Assembly (NCBI GenBank): GCA_043800705.1
Contig: JAZDMS010000036.1
Span: 1-45,227, forward strand
Reading direction: 5' to 3'
DNA length: 45,227 nt
Origin: Candidatus Altiarchaeota archaeon
GTDB lineage: Archaea; Altiarchaeota; Altiarchaeia; IMC4; SCGC-AAA252-I15
The position numbers were made by a program, and so were the translations under genes. The notes under the pieces were generated by a model that did not search any database, had not been told where the DNA came from, and saw nothing but the letters and a program-made list of their open reading frames with translations. Below, piece by piece: positions 36,512-45,191 of the stretch (the first letter of the stretch is position 1; every line of letters starts with the position of its first letter).

Positions 36512-37135
36512 ATGCGTGCATTGTTCGCGTTAGCCTTTGCTGCCCTGATGTCCGGCTGCCTATGCGGCGGAGGGGGGACAGACTACGTGACTCCCACTAC
36601 TGCAGGGCCGTCCACCACCTCGACGACTCAGGCCTTCGCAACGCCTGCCTCCTTTACGATAGCACCGCATGCCTCATCTACGATATCAACCTCGCCGACG
36701 CTTCCCCCGGTCAACTGCTCCAATCTCGACTACTACATAGACCGCGACATCTGCTGGAGCGCGAGGGCAGCCCTTCTCAAGGACCCGACACTGTGCAAAA
36801 AGATCGCCCAACCGGACGCGGAAAGGATATGCACCTCCATCCTGCTGACCAAGAAATGCACGAGCATCACCAACAGCGGCCTGAGGATAGTCTGCGAGGC
36901 CTCCCTGGAGAAGGCCCCCGAGCGGTGTCAAAAGCTGAACCACCGCGACATCGGCGTCTGCTACATGTCAGTCGCCCTATACAACAACGACGCGGCCGTC
37001 TGCGACAAGGCCCTCGACAAGGAGGACAAGACCCTCTGCCACGCCCTCACAGGCTCCTGCGGCCAACTCACCGACCCGGACGAGACCGGCCTATGCCGAA
37101 GGAAGGCGCTGGACACGATACACTCGTTGGGCTGA
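36512..37135 (+). CDS. Lipoprotein with Thr/Ser linker and Cys repeats
   Basis: Lipobox LMSGC, T/S-rich stalk, repeated C..I/L......D.C....A......C units. Confidence 0.8.
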   Translation: MRALFALAFAALMSGCLCGGGGTDYVTPTTAGPSTTSTTQAFATPASFTIAPHASSTISTSPTLPPVNCSNLDYYIDRDICWSARAALLKDPTLCKKIAQPDAERICTSILLTKKCTSITNSGLRIVCEASLEKAPERCQKLNHRDIGVCYMSVALYNNDAAVCDKALDKEDKTLCHALTGSCGQLTDPDETGLCRRKALDTIHSLG

Positions 37136-37236
37136 AGACAAACGTCAAACGCCACTGTGGCAGTTGGACATGTTTTAAATCCGTGGCCCTGCAAACGCAG
37201 TGCGCATTTTTCTGCCTTCCCGCGAAATCTATCCTG

Positions 37237-38328
37237 ATGGATGCGCTGGATTATCCCAGGACACGAAAGGGGTTGGATGCGATAATCCTCCCAAGGCTTT
37301 TATCATACGGTTTCGCCCATTTCGCCGTAGACCTAGCCTGTGTCGCATCGCTCTTCGCCATGTTGCGTCTGAATTCCATCGGGGCAGCCGATTCCCTGTT
37401 CTTCGTCGTATTGTATAACTCCATTGCCTTCGGGACGCAGGTTTTCTTCGGCTACGCGGTGGATGAGCTGAGGGCTCCCAGGCAGGCGGCGTTGGCGGGG
37501 CTGGTCCTTTCAGCCTCTGCGGTCGCAGTAACGGCCTACAGCCCCCTGGCTGTCGTCCTTTTGGCTGGCGTCGGCAATTCCCTGTTCCATGTCGGGGCAG
37601 GCGGGATATCGCTCAACCTGAGCCCTGGCAGAGCTTCGGCACCGGGGGTTTTCGTAGCCCCGGGGGCGGCTGGCCTGGCTTTGGGGGTGGTGTTTGGCAT
37701 GGGGATCGGCTTTTCCCAAGCGCCCCTTATACTGCTTCTGACCGGCGCGGCCTATCTAGTCCTTCGCGCAGGAAATCCCGGGATGGACTATGAACGAAAG
37801 GCGATCGCGAAGCCGCCACTCTTGGGCCTTTCGCTTGCCCTCCTGCTTCTTGTCATCATGAGCCGCTCCTTCATAGGCTTCGCGGTCTCCTTCCCGTGGA
37901 AGGCCGACATATTCCTCCTGGCGATCCTGACCGCCGCAGTGGTGGCTGGCAAGTCCGCCGGAGGCATGCTTGCGGACAGGTTCGGGTGGCTGAGGGTTTC
38001 CCTTATAGGCCTGATTGCGTCCGCTCCATTACTCGCATTCGCGCCCACGATTCCGGCAATCGCAATAATCGGCGCGTTCTTCTTCCAGATGACGATGGCT
38101 GTGACGCTGGTCGCCGTGGCTGCCGTTTTTCCTGGCAGGCCGGCCTTCTCATTCGGACTGCCGTGCCTTGCGATCCTGTCCGGGGCCTTGCCGTATTTCG
38201 CAGGCATGACACAGTGGGCAAATGGCGGATTGAATACATTGGCGGTCATCCTCGTCACTGCCCTGTTCTTGGCTGCCGGCCTCATGGGAATCCTGAGAGA
38301 CCTTATTAAGTGTGACGACAATCAGTAA
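37237..38328 (+). CDS. MFS-like integral membrane protein (~12 TM)
   Basis: Real start at ATG 37237 within ORF 36562. HFAVD..C, LYN..AF..Q, GNSLFHVG, GMLADRFG (MFS A-like motif). Confidence 0.8.
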   Translation: MDALDYPRTRKGLDAIILPRLLSYGFAHFAVDLACVASLFAMLRLNSIGAADSLFFVVLYNSIAFGTQVFFGYAVDELRAPRQAALAGLVLSASAVAVTAYSPLAVVLLAGVGNSLFHVGAGGISLNLSPGRASAPGVFVAPGAAGLALGVVFGMGIGFSQAPLILLLTGAAYLVLRAGNPGMDYERKAIAKPPLLGLSLALLLLVIMSRSFIGFAVSFPWKADIFLLAILTAAVVAGKSAGGMLADRFGWLRVSLIGLIASAPLLAFAPTIPAIAIIGAFFFQMTMAVTLVAVAAVFPGRPAFSFGLPCLAILSGALPYFAGMTQWANGGLNTLAVILVTALFLAAGLMGILRDLIKCDDNQ

Positions 38329-38333
38329 CCTGG

Positions 38334-38603
38334 ATGAACCTACTGAGAACTGTACAGTCTACGGTAGCGGTCTTCTTCCTGTTAGGTGTCATGGCGTCAG
38401 CGGATTTAGCGCCCCTTCCCGGGCCCATACCCACTCCAAGCAGCCCCGCGGACGCAGTCATCCCCGCGCTGATAATGTGTTTGGTTGTCGGATCGACAAG
38501 TCTTGTAGCCCTGTGGGGCCTAAGGTGGGTGAAGACCAAGGTCGGCGGGAACAGGCAGCCTGCTGACAAAGCCCAAAACATCGAGGCGAAGAATGGCCCT
38601 TGA
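38334..38603 (+). CDS. Small secreted / 1-TM protein with ADLAP motif
   Basis: Signal peptide ending ASA, then DLAPLPGPIPTP, then one TM helix and basic tail. Confidence 0.65.
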   Translation: MNLLRTVQSTVAVFFLLGVMASADLAPLPGPIPTPSSPADAVIPALIMCLVVGSTSLVALWGLRWVKTKVGGNRQPADKAQNIEAKNGP

Positions 38604-38976
38604 ATTCCTTGGATTGATGATCATCCTGCTTCTTATGGTCGGCATCCTGCTGACGCTATTCGCAGTGAATATGGCCATTGAAGTGGCTGTCGCATTCGTC
38701 TTGGGCCTGCGGACAAGATACGGGATCGCGGCGGTCGCCCTTGTCAACCTCCTCACCTACCCGATTCTGATGCTTCTGCTGGTCATAGGCCCGGCCTTCG
38801 ACATCCAATTCGGCAAAAGCCCATTGATCTTCCTGCTCGAAGGCCTCATAGTCGTCGTCGAATGGCGCCTGCTCGCATACGCGCTCGGAAAAAGCGGAAA
38901 AAGAATCCTCGCAATTACGTTTGCCATGAACCTGATAAGCTTCCTACCGGGATGCATACTATCCCTTTTATTATAA
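38593..38976 (+). CDS. Four-TM membrane protein
   Basis: IE...VNLLTYP...LE..IVVVEW..L.Y....MN..SF..G, with polar residues inside TMs. Overlaps the upstream ORF. Confidence 0.75.
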   Translation: MALEFLGLMIILLLMVGILLTLFAVNMAIEVAVAFVLGLRTRYGIAAVALVNLLTYPILMLLLVIGPAFDIQFGKSPLIFLLEGLIVVVEWRLLAYALGKSGKRILAITFAMNLISFLPGCILSLLL

Positions 38977-39016
38977 TACGGGAAAATGCGCCTGATCATG
39001 GACGTTCATCGAACTG

Positions 39017-40678
39017 CTAGAGGCACTTGAAATTGGCCCTATCGGATTGCATCCCGCTCAGGCCAGCCCCATAGACCGTCGCTTCCACGAGGCCGCTTCC
39101 CGGTACGGCAGCCCAGCCTGTGGCCTGCGGATCGCCGTCGTTTCTCATGCACTGGTACTGCCTGTCTGGGCCCGGAGTCCAGGAGCCGCAGTTGATCCTC
39201 GAGACGGGTGTGCCGCCGTTGCTATAGTAGACTCCAAGGTATGAGCCGACCGGCCCCGAAACTGTGCCCTTCACCACGCTGCACGACCCCGAGGTCAGCC
39301 TTACCGAGAGCTCCCCGGTTGGCAGATAGTACTCCTGGGTTGTCGTGGTCATTATCGGTGCGGGCCCTTCGATGATGACCGTGGATTTGCCGCAGTCGCT
39401 CGATCCTACGGCGTCTTTCACGCATACTCCGAATGTGTACTGCCCCGCCTTATGGGTTATTCCCTTCAAGAATCCGCTGACGTCCACGATCGCCCCCATG
39501 GGCGGGGCTCCATTGGTGAAGGTGTCCGACTGGAATGTGTAAGGCCGCACCCCCCCTTCGGCGTCTGCTATGCGCACCAGACAGGGCGCATCCGTCTTGC
39601 ACCTTGCGGGGCCCGACGAGATGAGCCTTGGCAGACCGGATACCGTGACGATGCTGAGTTCCAGCAGGAGGGCCGCCGGGGGATTACTTGAATCCTTTAC
39701 GACGACTGTGAACGGGGGCGATATGTCCTTGGTCGTGTCTGAACCCAATAGGGGCGCTTTGCCGGAGATGGCGCAGTCGTCCGACAGCGTGAACCCCTTG
39801 GGCAGGAAATATCCCTTCTTGAGGCTGCAGTGGTATGGCAGTCTTCCTCCTGTCGGTTCAAGTTTAGCAGACCCCCATTGGCCGGACTTCCAGCGCGGCA
39901 GTTCCGCTCCTTCGATGTTGAGCGGGTTTGCGTCAACCAGGGCGGGGCCCATGTTCGCCAGGCGATTGGCGTCTTTGGCTGTAATCGGCTTGAAACCCTC
40001 AAGCTGGCCGTTCACTGAGAGTATCCTGCCCATCTCCTCCTGTATCCTCGCGTTGGAGGAGACCACGGGGAGGTATTCGGTCGGGTCAACTGATGCCGTG
40101 GGGTGGTCGCTGAAATACCGGTCTATCACGGACTCCAGTGTCTCATCGTTGCCGAATTCGCTGAAACAGTAGGAGCCAGGCGAGGGCGGATCCATCCCGC
40201 CAGGGCAGTGCAATACGGCTGCAGCTGTAGTTGTGCGGTCGACTGAAACATCAATGGCGTCAGCCAGGCCCGAAGGCAACGCAGCCATCAAGGGGTATTC
40301 TCCGCTCGGGTCCAATGCGGCCGCGAACACCGGCCCCGATGACAAAACGTTCCTGCCGACATACAGGGTGAAATCCCCGTTCTCGTCCGTGGCGGTCAAA
40401 GAATCGGCCTCCGCCTTCCAGCCAGACTGGCCGGGTCTGACGATCTTTACCGGCGTATTGGGGACTGGCTTGCAGGGGAAAGGATCGCATCTGGCAGATG
40501 GTTTGCCAATGCTTTGATTATCGGCAGTTCGGTCTGGTGACGGTATGGCGACATGCCCCTTGATGGTCACCAGTTCACCTGGGGTCACCAGATATGTACC
40601 TCCCACGGCCAGCAGGACAATGACGCCGAATACGACCATGCCGGCTACCATTACCAGGAGAATATTCCCTAATTCCAT
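39017..40678 (-). CDS. Surface-anchored protein with Ig-like (He_PIG-type) domains
   Basis: N-terminal TM, TDENGDF (carboxypeptidase-regulatory-like), two GG..PY...P.G......G.I.G.....F.V.V.D units. Confidence 0.75.
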   Translation of the reverse strand: MELGNILLVMVAGMVVFGVIVLLAVGGTYLVTPGELVTIKGHVAIPSPDRTADNQSIGKPSARCDPFPCKPVPNTPVKIVRPGQSGWKAEADSLTATDENGDFTLYVGRNVLSSGPVFAAALDPSGEYPLMAALPSGLADAIDVSVDRTTTAAAVLHCPGGMDPPSPGSYCFSEFGNDETLESVIDRYFSDHPTASVDPTEYLPVVSSNARIQEEMGRILSVNGQLEGFKPITAKDANRLANMGPALVDANPLNIEGAELPRWKSGQWGSAKLEPTGGRLPYHCSLKKGYFLPKGFTLSDDCAISGKAPLLGSDTTKDISPPFTVVVKDSSNPPAALLLELSIVTVSGLPRLISSGPARCKTDAPCLVRIADAEGGVRPYTFQSDTFTNGAPPMGAIVDVSGFLKGITHKAGQYTFGVCVKDAVGSSDCGKSTVIIEGPAPIMTTTTQEYYLPTGELSVRLTSGSCSVVKGTVSGPVGSYLGVYYSNGGTPVSRINCGSWTPGPDRQYQCMRNDGDPQATGWAAVPGSGLVEATVYGAGLSGMQSDRANFKCL

Positions 40679-41215
40679 GTTAACTGTTTGCCTTCAGGTC
40701 TTTTGGCCTGAATCGCAAATACGAAAAGAAAATCGGGTGCCTCATCCAAATAGTATCCAAATGCTAGATTAAATAACAATCCCGGCGATGGGCAGGCTTC
40801 TGTGAAACTGTCTCCGTTTGGTCGGCCTCGATAGATTATTGTGCCCCCCATGTAATCCTTTATATGGCATTTTTGGGCTTTTAGGGTTTTACAGGAAGGC
40901 GGCTCTCCCGTTGGCCATTATCCTCATTTTGAACGTCATCACCTATTACGCGGCATCGATCGTGAACAGGGAATCGTATGTGGCGAACGCCTATCTGGTC
41001 GTCACCGGAGCCCCGAACTCTTCGAGACATTGTCGGGATTGAACCGGAACAGCAGGATGCCTTAGAACGGATGGACCCCCACCTCGTCTGCCGCCTTGCC
41101 TGCAAGGGCATCATCGACAGGCGGCAACGGCTTGAGCACAGGCCTCCTAAAAAACAGCACATAACAGATATGTAACAGGGAAAAATAAGCCCGCCACGCC
41201 AACAAAAAATTAACT

Positions 41216-41235
41216 CGGCCCGACAGGGACTCGAA
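41216..41235 (-). other. Isolated tRNA 3' fragment (positions ~54-73), putative att remnant
   Basis: Minus strand TTCGAGT-CCCTG-TCGGGCC-G then TTAATTTTTT. No matching 5' half adjacent. Confidence 0.6.
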
Positions 41236-41262
41236 GAATCTGTTCGGTTTAGGTGGGGATTT

Positions 41263-41295
41263 ATATGGCTACATGCCCCTGGAGTGTAGTCATAT
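41263..41295. repeat. Inverted pair of ATATGRCTACA motif at the Fic 3' end
   Basis: ATATGGCTACA 41263-41273 and TGTAGTCATAT 41285-41295. Confidence 0.85.
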
Positions 41296-41298
41296 GCC

Positions 41299-42231
41299 CT
41301 AAAGGTTCTTTTTAAGTTTGTCGAAGGACTTCAGAATCAATTCAATGCTTGGCCTTAAGTTCCCTTCTCGCTCGTAGGCTTGGAGGGAAGCGTAATACTC
41401 CCTCCTGTTCTTCAATTCGATGTTGACGGGCGGAAGGCCGTGTTTCAGCAGTATACTGTTCATCAGTAGCCTCCCTACTCTGCCATTGCCGTCCTGGAAT
41501 GGGTGGATGTTCTCGAATTGGTTGTGGACAACCGCTGCAAGGACAATCGGATGGTAATTACTCCTGTTATCCTTGTACCACTCAACAAGTTCTTTCAGGA
41601 GGCTCGCTATCTTCCTCTGTGGTGCGCCTCTGTGAATGACTTCCCCCTCGCTGTTTGCGACTGCGACCTCGACTCCAGACGGTCGTAATTTACCGGCGAA
41701 TTCCTTCGAATTCTTGAATACGACCTTGTGCAACTCTGTTATCAACTCGATAGAAAGGCGGCCCTTCGTCTTTCGCAACAGCTTGATCGCATCAGACACA
41801 CCATACGTTTCAGCGATCTCGCCCTTTTCCTTCTCAGGCCAATCATCCTTCTCTAAAATGCCTTTGACTTCGGCCAAATCCACGGTCGACCCTTCTATGG
41901 CGTTCGTATCATATGTGAATAACTCCGTGAATCTTAGCCACTGCCGCTCAGACAAATGGCTGATTTTAACCTCATGCTTTCCGATAAGCGACTTTATCAG
42001 CTTCAACTCATCTTCAGAAAGAACGGTACTAAGCGGGTCGCGGATGTTCTTGTACGACTTCGCCTGCCCCAAAAGGGCCTTCTCAGCAGCAGGCCTTAAC
42101 GAGTCGACTTCTTTATCAGCAAGATTCACTCCAAGATATTTCCTCAGTTTTCTGACCTTTCCCCCATACCTGACGGAGTTGGCGATGTAGAAGAACCTCT
42201 TTCCCTCCCTCTTCTGGACCTCAACATGCAT
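41299..42231 (-). CDS. Fic-family AMP transferase with N-terminal autoinhibitory helix
   Basis: Catalytic HPFQDGNGRVGR. Inhibitory (S/T)xxxEG = TNAIEG. Basic N-terminal beta domain (KRFFY...SVR.GGKVRK.RKYLG). Confidence 0.95.
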   Translation of the reverse strand: MHVEVQKREGKRFFYIANSVRYGGKVRKLRKYLGVNLADKEVDSLRPAAEKALLGQAKSYKNIRDPLSTVLSEDELKLIKSLIGKHEVKISHLSERQWLRFTELFTYDTNAIEGSTVDLAEVKGILEKDDWPEKEKGEIAETYGVSDAIKLLRKTKGRLSIELITELHKVVFKNSKEFAGKLRPSGVEVAVANSEGEVIHRGAPQRKIASLLKELVEWYKDNRSNYHPIVLAAVVHNQFENIHPFQDGNGRVGRLLMNSILLKHGLPPVNIELKNRREYYASLQAYEREGNLRPSIELILKSFDKLKKNL

Positions 42232-42241
42232 CAAATACGAT

Positions 42242-42284
42242 ATATGACTACAAATTTAAATATGGCTACACAAATATGACTACA
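42242..42284 (-). promoter_or_regulatory. Fic promoter: TATA box TTTAAAT among three ATATGRCTACA direct repeats
   Basis: Copies at 42242-52, 42260-70 and 42274-84. TTTAAA lies between the first two, about 25 nt from the ATG. Confidence 0.75.
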
Positions 42285-42631
42285 AATTGAAGACATGAAC
42301 AAATAGTGGAGGCCCTCATAGCCCGGATTCCAGGCATTTTATCGACTGAGGCACCATACGATGTCATATGTTCGCGAATGCTGGCGGCGTCGGGGCTGGA
42401 AGGAACGAAGACGGCCCCTTACGTAAGGTGCCATCGATAAAACCGAAGACTGTGAGCACGCCCATCCCCCTCGAATCCGATGCCAAAGGCGCAGAGGGAA
42501 TGGGCCTCACCGTAGCCGACGGCACCGAAAACCTTCACGTCTCCCTCTATGCCTTGGCGCTCAGGAGGGAGGCTTCCCGGGCGCTCGTCGTGAGGCCGAG
42601 TTTTAATTGATGCACTTCCAATACTCGCTCT

Positions 42632-43048
42632 ATGCCCCAGATAGAATGGTCCCCGGAGCTGAGTATGGGGATAGAGAAGATAGACGACCAGCACAGGCGT
42701 TTCGTAGACCTCGTGAACCGCCTGGACAAGGCCGTCCAGGAGGGCGACTACCAAAAGGCGATAAAGGCCGCGACCCCCGGCATCCTCGACTACTCTAAAA
42801 CCCACTTCGCCACCGAAGAGGACTACATGCTGAGATTCGACTACTCCGGCTATCAGGAGCACAAGCTGGAGCACGCCATCTTCAAGGAGAAGATCGAAGC
42901 CTTCCTCTCAGACTACAAGAAAGACCCGTCTAACCCCCGGAAAACGGCAACAGAGCTGCACGCCTTCCTCACCGACTGGCTGAGGGAGCACCTCTCACAG
43001 GTCGACAGGCACTACGTCAAATGCTTCAAAAAGAACGGACTAACCTGA
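42632..43048 (+). CDS. Bacteriohemerythrin (non-heme di-iron O2 binding)
   Basis: W.....G...ID.QH, HF..EE..M, H..EH, WL..H....D..Y. Confidence 0.95.
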   Translation: MPQIEWSPELSMGIEKIDDQHRRFVDLVNRLDKAVQEGDYQKAIKAATPGILDYSKTHFATEEDYMLRFDYSGYQEHKLEHAIFKEKIEAFLSDYKKDPSNPRKTATELHAFLTDWLREHLSQVDRHYVKCFKKNGLT

Positions 43049-43109
43049 TACCCCTAGGTTCTTCACCGCAGCCGACAAGGATATATGCCGTGAATCAAAG
43101 TATTTACAG

Positions 43110-43928
43110 ATGAATCCGAAGGTCCTCAGGCTCATCGCAAAAGCCAGAGCGTCCGGATTGGACGACCAGGAAATAGCCATCCGGCTCGCCGGAATCGGCA
43201 TAACCGAGGAAGACATGCGGGCAGGATTCGCCCAGGCGCCTGCCGCTCCGCCAAGAGACCCGCCTCAGCAACCCCAGCCGAACCTGACGCTTCCCCCCTC
43301 GACGACAAACCAGCCCCCGCAACCTCCCCAGCCGCCTCAAACATTCGACACCCAAGGCAGGGCCACAGATGCCCAGCGGAGACAGGTGTCCCCAACCACA
43401 GCCAAGATCATGTTCCTCATATTCCTCCTCGTAGGCCTCGGCGTATCCTATCTCGGATACACCATATACGAGACCGGGGAAGCCAGCAAGAACTGGCCGA
43501 CCGTCTCTGGCACGGTCCTCATATCAAATGTGGCCACGGCCCACGATAGCGACGGAGACATCACATACAAGGCAGCCCTGGACTACAACTACTCCGTGTC
43601 CGGGAGGGTCTACCACTCGAACAAGATCTCATCAGGCGACTACGGCTCCAGCGACAGCTCCCACGCCCAAGACATAGTCTCAGACTATCCTATAAGGAAG
43701 AAGGTGACCGTATACTATGACCCTGCGAAACCCTCCAACGCGATCTTGGAGCCTGGTGTCCCGCTACTCAGCTTCCTCCTAGTGACGTTGTTCGGGGTCC
43801 TGTTCGCAGTCATCGGATTCGCTGGCGTGACAGGGATAATCAAGCCGACGATGTATTACTCCAACACGCCGACCCACCATCACCACCATGACAGCCACAT
43901 GTCCGTCACCCTGTGGAAGCGGCACTGA
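43110..43928 (+). CDS. DUF3592-domain membrane protein with N-terminal helical module, Pro/Gln linker and His-rich tail
   Basis: TM-S..WP...G.V...Y.Y.V.G..Y...V.V.YDP..P..A.L-TM. THHHHHDSH near the C terminus. Confidence 0.8.
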   Translation: MNPKVLRLIAKARASGLDDQEIAIRLAGIGITEEDMRAGFAQAPAAPPRDPPQQPQPNLTLPPSTTNQPPQPPQPPQTFDTQGRATDAQRRQVSPTTAKIMFLIFLLVGLGVSYLGYTIYETGEASKNWPTVSGTVLISNVATAHDSDGDITYKAALDYNYSVSGRVYHSNKISSGDYGSSDSSHAQDIVSDYPIRKKVTVYYDPAKPSNAILEPGVPLLSFLLVTLFGVLFAVIGFAGVTGIIKPTMYYSNTPTHHHHHDSHMSVTLWKRH

Positions 43929-44077
43929 CAGGCTCTACCCCCTCTTCTGCTTGCAGGAGTGTTCGATGAGGTAGTATTGTAACTTTATCGTCAGAAACAG
44001 CACAAAAATGCCGAGGAGCCATAGGAACGGGAACGGCAAATGTACCGGCCTTTTTCTTTGCCTTCCCATAACATTGT

Positions 44078-45001
44078 ATGGCCCAGAAGAGGCTTGCCGC
44101 AAGGACCGTCGTCGACGACCTCAAACTTATGGAGGAGCTGGGGAAAGACAAGGTGTTTTTCGACGAGATGAAGTTGGGCCGGATTCGAGTGGGTTTTATC
44201 GGGCTGTATCACGGGACCGACGAGAACCGGATGGGGGAGCGGACAGAGGCCATCATGATGGATATCCTGTCGAAGAGGAAGGGCCCAGTCTATGCGGAGA
44301 CTTCGGTGCTTGAGACTTCGTCGCTCCTTTTGAGGATGCCCGACAGGGTCGTCCCCATCGACACACTCACATCCCTCTGGGGGGCGACGCTCGGCCTGCT
44401 TAAGTCCCATAAGGCGCCCCACATCTTCCCAAGGCTGGAAACCGAAAGGATCGAGGAAAAAATCAGGGGCCTTCCCCCCCGTGAGGAAGGGGACGTGAAG
44501 CTGACGATGCAGAGGTACCCTGCGCAAAGGTATGATGAGGAGAGCTATTGGGGGAAGTATTGGGGTGCGATAATGAACGAGAACCTCATCAGGAGGTTCA
44601 GCGGGGACCTATTCGGCGACAGGGTCGACGAAGGCAGCTTTTTCAAGGCGGAGGTCCTCTACCTCAGGGGCAGGAGCCTCCTCATGGCATCCGAGGTCGC
44701 AGACGACCTGAAGAAGAGAGACCCCCCGGAGGCCTCCGTCGTCCAAGGCATGGACCATATGAGCGAAACCATCCACTTCCTCAAGAACCCGGCCATAGCG
44801 ATAAGGTATGCGCAACGGCTCCAATACGCCTTCAGGTTCCTAATCGACGACTCCGTGAGAGACTACAAAAAGCCCGAATTCTACTGGGATATGGAAAAAT
44901 GGGAGCGGGAAAGATACAGAAGCCAAGTCGAAAACCTACTCCAAGACATCGACAAAGCCGTGAAGACCCTGACACCCCCGGAAAAACAAAGCTCCAAATA
45001 G
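44078..45001 (+). CDS. Hypothetical protein, possible TraB/GumN/TIKI-like metallohydrolase fold
   Basis: FIGLYH...YAE...RS.LMA...VVQGMDH pattern. Confidence 0.6.
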   Translation: MAQKRLAARTVVDDLKLMEELGKDKVFFDEMKLGRIRVGFIGLYHGTDENRMGERTEAIMMDILSKRKGPVYAETSVLETSSLLLRMPDRVVPIDTLTSLWGATLGLLKSHKAPHIFPRLETERIEEKIRGLPPREEGDVKLTMQRYPAQRYDEESYWGKYWGAIMNENLIRRFSGDLFGDRVDEGSFFKAEVLYLRGRSLLMASEVADDLKKRDPPEASVVQGMDHMSETIHFLKNPAIAIRYAQRLQYAFRFLIDDSVRDYKKPEFYWDMEKWERERYRSQVENLLQDIDKAVKTLTPPEKQSSK

Positions 45002-45073
45002 ACTCCCACAGCACCCCACAGAAACAGTATTTAAACCATAAACCACCTATAATCAAAACCGTCGAATAGAACC

Positions 45074-45191
45074 GGTTGCTCAGTTCACCAGGCGAGATGC
45101 CAGGCCTATCGCGGGTCCCGCGACCGCGAAACGGTCGCAGGTCGCGCACCTCTACCGCGGGACTACGACCCCCAATACCCCCGAAGCAACC
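45074..45191 (+). ncRNA. Candidate structured RNA / cis-regulatory element (family unknown)
   Basis: GC-rich non-coding island closed by GGTTGCT/AGCAACC, with several internal stems, downstream of TTTAAA at ~45030. Confidence 0.3.

Noticed and set aside
36562-37236. N-terminal 225 aa of the 588-aa ORF
   Set aside because: Arg/Pro-rich shadow frame overlapping the lipoprotein gene. The real protein begins at ATG 37237.
40818-41175. Short ORFs possibly forming a decayed Cys-repeat membrane gene
   Set aside because: Needs at least two assumed frameshifts and has no firm motif; too weak to annotate.
42307-42331. TGGAGGCCC... resembling a tRNA CCA end on the minus strand
   Set aside because: Spacing to a T-loop-like sequence is wrong, and no cloverleaf forms.
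42368-42610. 80-aa ORF between Fic and hemerythrin
   Set aside because: No recognisable motif; may be a remnant or spurious.
737-44824. Numerous antisense and alternate-frame ORFs in the track
   Set aside because: They overlap well-supported genes and are expected shadows in GC-rich DNA.
45074-45191. 5S rRNA, SRP RNA or HDV-like ribozyme
   Set aside because: Length fits 5S but the CCGAAC loop and other conserved motifs are absent on both strands. No SRP helix-8 GGAA loop. HDV L3/P1.1 elements not found.
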